Source of the DNA: Octopus sinensis
Lineage: Eukaryota
Direction: 5' to 3'
DNA length: 64,000 nt
Assembly: GCF_006345805.1 (NCBI RefSeq)
Contig: NC_043000.1
Location: 13,516,001-13,580,000, forward strand
Part shown: positions 53,355-64,000 of the stretch, piece by piece
How the letters are laid out: each line of letters starts with the position of its first letter
Position numbering within the stretch: position 1 is the stretch's first letter
The notes under the pieces: model-generated
Database searches by the model: none
What the model saw: only the letters and a program-made list of their open reading frames with translations
What the model was told of the DNA's origin: nothing
Made by a program: the position numbers and the translations under genes

Positions 53355-53801
53355 GCGGCAAGCTGGCAGAAACGTTAGCATGCTGGGCGAAATGCATAGC
53401 TGTATTTCGTCTGCCGTTATGTTCTGAGTTCAAATTCTGCCGAGGTTGACTTTGCTTTTCATCCTTTCGGGGTCGATAAATTAAGTACCAATTACACACT
53501 AGGGTCGATATAATCGACTTAATCCCTTTGTCTATCCTTGCTTGTCCCCTCTGTGTGTAGCCCCTGGTGGGCAGTAAAGAAATAAAAAATGATAGTACGC
53601 CAGGTGAAATGCTAAGCGGTATTTCGTCTGCCATTATGTTCTGAGTTCAAATTCCACCGAGGTCAACTTTGCCTTTCATCCTTTCGGGGTTGATAAATTA
53701 AGTACCAGTTACATACTGGGGTCGATGTAATTGACTTAATCCCTTTGTCTGTCCTTGTTTGTCCCCCCTGTGTGTAGCTTCTTGTGGGCAGCAAAGAAAC
53801 A
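53355..53801 (+). mobile_element. Head-to-tail SINE B dimer inside a SINE A copy, bounded by one TSD
   Basis: AGAAACTGTGTGGAAG at 53339-53354 and 53802-53817. Confidence 0.85.
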
Positions 53802-54964
53802 AGAAACTGTGTGGAAGCTTGCTGTATATATATATATATATATATATATGCAATATTTCTTAATTGCTTATTTATTCTAACAACTCTCTGCAATTATATT
53901 TGAATTATAAATTACATGCTCTGAAGTGACACCACATGTTTCGCTTATTCATTCTTTCTTTCTAATATGTGTGTGTGTGTGTTTGTCCCTCATCTCCACT
54001 TGACAACTAGAGTTGGTTTGTTTACATCTCTATAACACAGTAAAAAAAAAAATGCCAATAGATAAGCACCAGAGTTGAAAAAAATAAATACAAGAATCAA
54101 ATTTTTTTTTTATTATGAAAATTTTTTTTTTTTATATACAAGAATAAATTAGTTCAACTAAACCCTTCAAAGTGATACTCCAGCATGGCCACAGTCCAAT
54201 GTCTGAAACAAGTAAAAGATTAAAAGATAGGCAAACAATCAAAACAAACTAACTAACTGTACAACATCAACTTGTAAATATAGCCTTAAAATCAATAGAT
54301 CCATTTCCCATAACTTATCTTTGCAAATCTGAATTTTTCTACTCTGCTGCATATCAAAAAATAAGACAAAGAAGAGAATGGAATGAAGCTTCATTTATCA
54401 TATGAGAGAGATATTCACATATTCTAAACCAAATATTGAGAAATTAGCAAAACTAGTGAAAAATGGGCAACAACAAAAGAGTCACAAATAATGTTGTTCG
54501 CTTTTAATGTCCTCCATATTTGTAGTTAACTATGTGATGTTAGAGATTTTCATGAAGATGGTGCATTTATTTGGCAATAAATGTTTTTCATCTTTTTTCA
54601 TCTCTTGCTTATTTTTTAAATATTTTTTACTTGTTTTATTCACTACATTCATCTCTAACCATCCAGTACTCACGTTCTTATAAACACCTCCCCACCTCCA
54701 AATCCACTACCCATATTAGCACTTGCTTCTTGAGGGTTTTGCTCTCGCACCCCATCACTACCATCTCATATTTACCCAGATACTTCCATCCACCCTTATA
54801 TAAATGCAGGGTAGTCATGCATTTTCTCTATAGAAAGACACCTCTACCTCTGCTTGTCCCTATTTGTCCCTGGGATAAAAATCACCTCTCCACCCTCTCA
54901 AATACTACTCCTCTTAGTCGAGAGGGATTTTCTCTTTTCCTTTTTCATGTTCTTTCCTGTCTTG

Positions 54965-55185
54965 TACACTAGGTCTGAAAGTAGATGAGATGCACATAGA
55001 ACACACTAAATGGTGTAGTCCTTGATACACAAGTCCTGAGAGAAAGATGACATGCTGATATCAGAAAACTAAATAGTGTAGTCCTCAATACACTAGGTCT
55101 GGAAAAAGGATGAGATGTTCATTGGAGAACATACTGGATAGTGTAGTCCTTGATACACTAGGCCTGAAAAAAGATGATACATTGT
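54965..55185. repeat. Diverged minisatellite of about 63 bp, about 3.5 units
   Basis: Recurring TAGTGTAGTCCTTGATACACTAGGTCTGAAAAAGATGA. Confidence 0.8.
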
Positions 55186-58174
55186 ATGTCTATGATGTAA
55201 GGGCTGATTTGAATTAGACAAAAACAACAACAACAACAACATCAAGTGCCAACAGTGAAAAAGAAAGAGCTATGGCTATGAAAAGAAGAGCAAATTGAAT
55301 GCATGGAATCTATTCATAAATTAAAATACTGAAATAAATGCATTGTGTTTGGTATCTCATGAACATTAGTTTGTTAATGTATCGTTAACATCAACAATCA
55401 CTCGTCAAAGTAAAGTCTAATTCATATGATTGAAATTGTAAAGCGTTTTTGTGAAAAATCATTAAATAGTTTACAATATACAAGCTAAGAGTAACAATAG
55501 ACTTTAGAGTTGTACTTGTTTTTACAAATGATTTGATCTGAGATTGTGTGTTGTGTGTTGCATCGGGAGACAATTATGTCGTGGTAAAGTACATTTTGGC
55601 CTTTTAAGAATAACATAAAAATTGTTATAGTCAGGGTTTTATATAGTTTATACACACACACACACACACACACACACTCATATATATATTTTGTTTCTGA
55701 ATAGTGTAATCTTTTATGTGAGATAGTTTCATTGCACTTCTGCAACCTGGTGACTGACACAATTCCATTACCACAGTTCCATAGATGCAATAGAATTGTG
55801 TCACTGAGCAGATTACAGAAGTACGATAGAACTTTTATACCTCATAGACAGTATTACTGAGAACTAAATGAAAGGAGAATGTAACAGTGTTTTCGTATAA
55901 CAATGCTTTTCTTATACGACTACAATGATTTTTCCACAATGTAATTCACAATAAATTCATTTTACTCCCAATGTTCAGGAATAATAGGAATGTATCAATA
56001 ACAATTTCAGATTTGTACTTGTTTGGCAAGTTACGTATGTTGTGACTGGAATAATTAAAACATGGAAAAGCCCTTTTAACCATAAAAAAAAAAAAAAAAC
56101 TGAGGTAACCATATGTCTCCCTTTAGCAATACATCTGTTCCTGTCCCTCTCTCATACTTTAGCTGCTCGTCACTTAACATAAAAACCATCTCTCTCAGAA
56201 CTACTCCCCACTTAATTACAAGGGCCTTGTCTTGTAAGTCATTTTGGTGACCTCACTAGTACCAGTGCCACATGAAAAACACCCAGTACACTCTGTGAAG
56301 TGGTTGGCATTAGGAAGGGCATCCAGCCTTAGAAAACCATGCCGAATCAGACATTGGAGTATGGTGTAGTCCTCTTGCTCACTAGCTCCTGCTGAAGCAT
56401 TCAACCCATGCCAGTATGAAAAACAGTCATTGACCCCTTCAGTCACAGATAAAAATATTTTTTGATTTTCATTTTCTATTTATACTAAAATACAGGTAAA
56501 TAACATATACTGAGTAGATTTTTAAAGAATTCAATTTTCAATATGCTTAGTTTTTGTCATGGATATATAAAAATTTTGCTAACACTAGGTAAAAATAATC
56601 CCAATTTACTTACATCTGTAAGATTTACGAGAAGATACAGCCATCCTCTATGACTTGTGAGCGAACACTGAGTCAGAATCACATGGTCTTGGTTATATAT
56701 ACGTTTTAGAGGTGTCCAATGAAATGGTAACTGTGACTCAATCATAATTTATATTTCTTTTGTAATTTATTCTAAAAAATTGTCCAATACATTGGACAAA
56801 GTGACTGAAGGGTTTAAAGGATGATGATGATGATGATGATGATGATGTTGATGATGACGACGATGATGATGAAAAACACACAAAAACTGTTAGATTCACT
56901 TTTCGGTTATTTAGTGAGATAATCGAATTTTTGTCATCCTATTGCCATCTGGTCACTAATACTGTTCACAATTCACTCATCTGGTTGTTATGAGTGGTGT
57001 AGAGCAGGAGGCAACTCCTTAAACAAGCTTTCACATCATTATGTAGATTTAGTTTCAAACCTTCAAACAATACACTTAGCAAGTAACCCTTTAACGATTT
57101 AAAAAAAATAACTGCCAACATCATAACACTCTATTTTCTGTTCCCTAAAAATGTAAAACCATTTAATGTGTCAGACAAAAAGAAATCAATGTTTTATCCT
57201 CATCTAAGGTGATGAGTCAAAAGTTGTGGTTTAACCCTTTCATCCAGCAGATTTATGAAGAAAATATTTCACTTGTAACCATCATATTTCTATTTTTCAG
57301 ATTTATCTAAGCCTGTATTATCTAAGGTGTCCTTCTATTTTAAAGATAACAAAATGTGGTTTGCAGAAGATTTGACTGTAATTTCTTGCAAGTTGTGTGA
57401 CCTCATACAGACTCTGTCATTGGGCCGTAAATAAGAAGTTGAGGGTTGATACTCTATCATGGATATCCATGCTGTCTGTTGTCAAGAAGCTAAACTTCCA
57501 ATAGCCAAATCTACATATCACAAAGCAGAAAGTATGGGGGAAATATCTAACTGCTGTAAGCAGTCACAACAAGGGGGGGCCTGTGTACTACCCAAGGAGC
57601 TATGCTGTAGGACTGAACCAGAAACTACATAGTTGCAAAGCAAGCTTCTTAACCACACAGCCATGCCTGTATAAAAATAGGATCATTTGCGGTCGTATCG
57701 TATAGCAATACAATCGCACGCGATCCCATTCTTAATGAAATATTACAGACCAGATAATACATGCAGCGGCAATAGAACACAAGTGGAATGACAACAAGAT
57801 TTCTTTTTGAGATATGTACATTATTTATTTTACATATTTTACAATCATGCTTGATGTTGGAAGTTTGTAAGTGTTAGCATGTTTTTGTGTCTGTGTGTTC
57901 GTGAGGCATAAGAGGTACTGACCAGAGAAATAACAATGGAATTTGGTTCACAGTTCATGTTGTTGGTATCAGCCTGGCAACAGGTAGTAGCAGATGGCTT
58001 AAGGTAGTTCTTAGAAGAACTAGAACTCAAGACAGATAATTGATTTACCGTTTATGAGGTACACGGAGTGTAAAAGTTCCATATCAAGATGTTGCGTCTC
58101 GTAGTTGAGATTAATTGAATCACTTGTTGTGTTTATCTTTCTCTTGATATGAATATACTTCCAGATATATTAAC

Positions 58175-58775
58175 TGTAGCCGTTTTTCCCGTGGTGAAAT
58201 TTTCACCTAACTGCTAGAGCTGAATCTGTGGTTGTCTTGTGTACAAATTAAATCTTCGATGTTTGGCGATGAGTTGTGTCCGTCGCTTGGTTTTTGCTGC
58301 GTCTTCATCATATATTCTGCTTGGTTATTTTTCTCTTGATGTAATGGTGGTCGCCAGCCTTTCAAACTCGAACATGGTCGAGTATGCTCTTTGTGGTCAG
58401 AGGTTCACCCTGAGAAGGACTTGAACCAAAGACGAACTCTGTGGTCAGAGGTTCGCCCTGAGAAGGACTAGAAACCTAAGACGAATGTTTGTCTGAGAAC
58501 CCTTCTTTATATAAGGTTTATTGGGCTCAAAACGAACTTCAGAAATGGAAAGCTGTGATTGGCTGCTTGGAACAATGGCACGAAAATAAGTGGAGGCAAA
58601 TCGCGTCACGTGACAACCAGCGGTGCGAACGTAGTAGAGACCACATATCAGCCAATCGAATTAGTGTTTACAACAATGTTAAACTAGCCGAAGATGTTTG
58701 TAATCTCGAACGAGATTATTCTTAATACTTTTCTCAATTAGTGAAGATAGCAATGAGTGTAACGATATTGCTACA
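58175..58775 (-). promoter_or_regulatory. CpG-rich Pol II promoter-like segment, possibly a solo LTR
   Basis: Minus-strand TATATAAA (58513-58506), CCAAT boxes (58558-58562 and 58652-58656), palindromic E-box GTCACGTGAC (58605-58614), 48-bp tandem duplication (58392/58440), TGTAGC...GCTACA ends. No TSD was found. Confidence 0.45.
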
Positions 58776-60631
58776 CCTGCCACAACCGCAAGCATTCTTA
58801 ATGACCTTGTGAAAGGCATGAACATTGCACAATCTCATTTCTTCATTTAAAAAAAATTCACAGATTGCTGTTTAGCTCTCGGTCAGCCTTGATCTATTGA
58901 TCAGACACTATGATGGAAGACATCTGGGCTTATTCTGATATAGTTTCTAAGTAGGATATTTCACTATCAAATGTGTCATTCCTTTTAATGAGAGTAGAAA
59001 GTAATTTGAGATTTAGTGGCCAGTTCTAATAGGTTGAACAACCAGATAAAGGATCATTCACTGGTAAAAAATTTAAGGCATTGTGTTTAAGTAAGAAATT
59101 TATAGCTTATCATTGGGTGAAGCATGGTTGAGTAAACCAGAATGATTGTATCGTTTGTTGTAGCATATCTTTCTTATTTGTTCCCTTACACACACAAAGT
59201 ATTCAGCTCTGAAGTAAGTATGTCGCCTATTTATCAGGTGGTGCCACTGAGGTAATTTAGTCATGTACACTGTAAAAGCAACAATTGTTTGTCCCTTTAT
59301 TTAGAAACATCGAAACAAATATAATAATTTCAAATTTTTGCCACAAGGGCAGCTGGGGAGAAGGGATTAAGTCGATTACATCAACCCCCAGTGTTTCACA
59401 GGTACTTCATTTATCGACCCTGAAAGGATGAAAGGCAAAGTCGACTTCAGTGAAATTTGAACTCAGAACATAGTGATGGATGAAATGCTACTAAGCATTT
59501 CACCAGGCATGCTAACGATTCTACAATCTGAGCAAATATAATAATGTTTATCTGTAATAATTTTGTTAGCTACCAGATAGCAGCAAGGTTATATGAAATC
59601 ATGATCATTGTCGTTGTTTAACATTCACTTTTCTATACTGGCATGGGTCGGATGAAATTTGTGGAGGCAGATTTTCTACAGACAGATACCCTTCCTGTCA
59701 TCAACCTTCACCTGTTTCCAAGTGAGGTGATATTTCTCCAAAGCCAAACATGTTTTCTGGGAACTGTCATATGACAGTGGCTCTTGCTTACAACTTATCA
59801 TGTGATGGCAAGACTACAAGACACCAACTTAAACACATATGTGTGTGTATAAAAGTGTGTGTATAAACACACACACACATTCATACACACACATATGGTC
59901 AACAAATAAATTGACTACCATCGGTTATTATTTTTTAACACAAAACTTTAACATTGCTTACAGCTGTTTCAGCTACCTATGTCAGTCGGTGCTGCCAAAG
60001 AAAATTATGAGAATAATATTCATCATCCTTTATAGCATATCCGATCTGGTACATGGACCTTCATCAGAGTGAATACAAATACATAAAATAAAAGAAGAGA
60101 AGAGGGAAGAGGAGAGAACAGGGCCCCGAGATGAGGAAAGAAGGCTTAATAAATTAGAATCATACTATTTTGCACTGTAAAGCTTGAAGTCAATGAGCAA
60201 ATGAATAAACTAGAAAAATAATTGGTGGGTTAATCTTTCTTTAGGGGTACCAGGGTATATAAATAATAAGAAAATGAAACTAACTTAAGTATAACAGGAT
60301 TCACCTATAGGTTTAGAGAAAGAGTAGTACTTATGATTTTGTAAATAGTGCTAATTAATATTTATCCAAAAACATACCTGTAAAGTTGTTACGGGTATAT
60401 TCTAAAGACCGACCGGCTGTTGTCTGTAATGGAATTGACCAAAGTCCAGCCACCCCTATAATTGGTCAGTTGAATTTAAAACCAAGGGCCAGCTTAGATT
60501 GTTATAGGAGTAGATGTAAATAAAGAAGGGATAACATAGGTAATTTATACAAGTAGAATTAATGGGTATTCTTATCCCTTAGACAGTTATTCCAGCCACT
60601 AACTCTACTTACCTATATATATATATATATT

Positions 60632-60662
<31 letters not shown>

Positions 60663-61149
60663 GAAACTAGGTTCTTTCAGTTTCTGTCTACCAAATTTAC
60701 TCAACTAAACATTGTAAGTAGAAGGCATTTGCCTAAGGTACCATGCAGTGGGCCTGAACCTCAGAACCATTTGTTTCAGATGCAAACTTCTTACTACACA
60801 GCCATACCTGCACATGTAAGTTATATTTTTAATTAGATGTTTAAGGGTATTTTGTTTCACTATAAGCTATCAGTGATTACAATTTGACTATTCAAATAAC
60901 AGAATGCTAATATTTGACTGGTTGAGAGTAATTGATAATATTTATTCATTTACTGAGTAAATTTATGGATATGAGTTCACATCACTAGCTTGTCACAAAC
61001 ACAGTCTTCCCTTTTCTTGGGGTAACTTTCTCAGTGTTTGTTTGAACTCTGTCTATTTGGGTAGATAAACTACACTGGGGAACATAGTTTTTGCTGTCTG
61101 GTGTTGGGGACATGTTTCCTAGTAATTTTGGAGACCATATCTAGCACTG

Positions 61150-61513
61150 GGAGGTGCATGGCTTAGTGGTTAGGGTGTCAGCATCATGATCATAAGATTG
61201 TGATTTCGATTCCTGGACCAGGCAATGCATTTTATTCTTGAGCAAAACACTTCATTTCACTTTGCTCCAGTACACTTAGCTGGCAAAAATGAGTAACGCT
61301 GCGATGGACTGGTGTCCCATCAAACTAGGGAACCCATACGCTATTGAAATTGGGAAACCGGGCCCATGAGCCTGGCTAGGCTTTAAAAGGGTGCATTTAT
61401 TACTGCGATGAACTGGCATCCCGTCCAGCTGGGGGAAACACATACGCCATTGAAATTGGGAAACTGGGCCCATGAGCCTGGCTAGGCTTGAAAAAGGTGC
61501 ATAAATAAAAAAA
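61150..61513 (+). mobile_element. tRNA-derived SINE (family E) with a duplicated 3' domain and a 13-bp TSD
   Basis: TSD ATATCTAGCACTG at 61137-61149 and 61514-61526; A and B boxes; 3' segment of about 100 bp repeated twice. Confidence 0.92.
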
Positions 61514-61526
61514 ATATCTAGCACTG

Positions 61527-61850
61527 AAAAAAAAGCATGGAATGCATTTGCTGCTGTTATATCTGATTTCCTGGGAAACAAAGAGTCATCAAATTTTACA
61601 GAACTTGTACAGACACCGTTAAGCAGTTTTCAAGCTCTGAGCTCTAACATGAATGTAAAAACATTTCCTGCACAGTCATCAGGACTATTTCCCTGAAAAC
61701 CATAGTGCAGTAAGTGATGAGCAAGGGGAAGGATTCCACAAAGATATTAAGATGATATCAATACAGGTGGAACACAAACATGATGTCTGACTACTGTTGG
61801 TCTCTGGAAAAAAACTGTCATGATGCAAGTTAATCATACAAAGCAGCAAA
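61527..61850 (+). pseudogene. Chapaev-like (CMC superfamily) transposase C-terminal fossil, interrupted by the SINE
   Basis: STEKKAWNAFAAVISDFLGNK...NFTELV...NMNVK/HFLHSHQDYFPEN...AVSDEQGEGFHKDI...MMSDYCW. The family assignment is from memory of this motif. Confidence 0.7.
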
Positions 61851-62224
61851 GTGAAGGTTTACTCCTTGAGTAGCTAAGACACCACTTTGACAGAAATATC
61901 TTGTGTAATCAAATATTTTATGTAATACATTTGTTAAACAATAAAATGTACAATTCGGTTTGTGTTAGTTTCTTATTTCAGCATTGCATTTAATGGCAAA
62001 ATTGACATTTTTTGGTAAAAAAAAAAAAAAAATTAATTCCTGTTTAACAAAGAATTTGATATGATAGAAAATGTTCCCCAATGCTGTTCTTATAGTCATC
62101 TGTATAGTCATCCTTTCTCAAACTGCCCAAATGTTTTGACTCCGCCACAAACTCTTGTTTCCAAAATTCTTTGTCTCTCACTCTCTAAGTGCTCAGAATT
62201 ACAGCAATCGGAATTACTGAGCAT

Positions 62225-62262
62225 GCCACCACCACCACTACTGCTACTGCTGCTGCTGCTAC

Positions 62263-62293
<31 letters not shown>

Positions 62294-62370
62294 GCAACTG
62301 CTGCTGCTGCTGCTACTACTACTACTACTATTACTACTACTACTGCAACTGCTGCTGCTGCTGCTGCTAC

Positions 62371-62401
<31 letters not shown>

Positions 62402-62471
62402 GCAACTGCTGCTGCTGCTACTACTACTACTACTATTACTACTACTACTGCAACTGCTGCTGCTGCTGCTG

Positions 62472-62512
<41 letters not shown>

Positions 62513-62537
62513 GCTACTGCTGCTGTTGCTGCCTCTG

Positions 62538-62593
<56 letters not shown>

Positions 62594-62615
62594 GCTACTA
62601 CTACTACTACTACAC
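62225..62615. repeat. Compound (CTA)n/(CTG)n array with higher-order periodicity
   Basis: Recurring block ACTACT...ACTGCAACTGCTGCTGCT, about 4 times. Confidence 0.95.
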
Positions 62616-64000
62616 ATTTCTTTGTTTTGACTATCTTTGTTTTCTAATAGAGTTTAAAAACCGTGGCAATTAGAACCAATGTACATTAGCATTAGAACCC
62701 CCTTTTTTTTTTTCAGTTCAGAAACTAAATTACTGTTATTCGTTTAAGTCTGTGGAGAGGAGAGGGGAAACAGCCCCTCCCTCCCTCCCTTCCCCCCACC
62801 CCGTTTTATAAACCCAGCATCACTTAAATTAATCTCGAATTTCATGAGTTTGTCCAAATGATAAACAGTGGAACAACAGATGAATAAGCAGCAGCAGCAT
62901 CGCGAAAATTGATGGCTTCTGAAAGTCTCAAAGGATTTTCCTATCAACTTCTGAAAATTATGGACAGTGAGAGGGAGGGTGGGAAAGGATGGGATAGAGG
63001 TAGGAGATGATGCGGGGTGGGTAAAAAACAAAAAACAGCAAAAAGAAAAAAAACAAGCTAAAATATACACAGGGGTATAATTTTGCATTCAGACACATAT
63101 ATGCATCCTTGCATGTATGCATTCATGAATGCATACATACATAGCTGCATACATATATGCACACTTAATAGCATACATACATGAACATATATATATATAT
63201 ATATATATATATGCATACTTACATATACACATGCATACATACACATACATACATGTGTAAGCATACAAACATACACTTATACACAACTGGATGCAAACAT
63301 ACATATGTGTATGCATGCATACACTCACATATGCATACATATATACACATACATACATACATGCATACATACACAGCCACACAGACACACACAGGCACAC
63401 GCATCTATGCAAAAATAAGAGTAAACAACTTAAATTTCAGAATTTTAAAATGTGAGAGAAAAAAACCCTATCTATTTTCAATGCCTGAATAATAAATTAT
63501 ATTCATTTATACATATATTTATTTATTTAATTATCTATTTAATTAGTTGTTTTTTTGGGGTTTTTTTTCTTCTTCTTAACTTCATTAAAGGTTACTGCAA
63601 TAAAGCTTGAATTCACTGAATTAAAATCTACAGGTAATCAACTGTGGAAACTGGATACATTGTTAGTTTTGGGTTATAGTATTTGTTTTTCTTTATTGTC
63701 CTAGATATTGATGTTGTTGCTGTCGTTATTGTCGTTGTTGGGTGTGGTTACTGTTAAATGCCTTGCAGTGTGGGAAGCAGGTGTGAGTGCTTTTTAGTTA
63801 GTTAGCTTGCAAATAAATTACTTTTAAGATCTTTATTATGACGCTCTCATTCACATAAACAGTACCTTGAATATCGATTGGGTAGTCTCGTGGCCATTGT
63901 CATGATTGCTTTCAAGCATAAAAGGTAGTTTTCTATTCTGTTTAAAGAACAGCATCATCATCATCATCATCATGATCACCATCATTTAACGTCCATTTTC

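Noticed and set aside
57960-57975. TGGTATCAG as a tRNA-Met primer-binding site
   Set aside because: It is on the opposite strand to the promoter-like segment and has no adjacent LTR end.

Overview
AT-rich eukaryotic genomic DNA, dense in microsatellites and dominated by interspersed repeats. The SINE families, (GAT)n-tailed RTE ends and TTAA-flanked MITEs resemble those I recall from Octopus genomes; this is recognition from memory, not a database hit. No complete protein-coding gene is visible, and most long ORFs in the track are translations of microsatellites or transposon remnants. Mobile elements present: RTE, CR1-type and Penelope-like retroelement pieces, at least four tRNA-derived SINE families, three hAT MITEs with 8-bp TSDs, two TA-flanked mariners, a maT/Tc1-like element, and hAT and Chapaev-like transposase fossils. 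The main non-repeat signal is an old inverted duplication (about 1540-3760 on + and about 27085-30090 on -). Both copies keep an identical 11-nt microexon and a 100/102-nt exon ending in ATG-CAA-CCA-TTG-CAA-CAG-AG|GTGAGT. A block of about 335 bp spanning the end of that exon and the start of the intron differs at one base, while the flanks look only about 70-90% identical. A candidate 276-nt exon with two compensating homopolymer frameshifts lies between the copies. A second recurring signal is six fold-back palindromes beside (TA)n tracts; one carries a hammerhead-ribozyme-like core. All identities and alignments were judged by eye.
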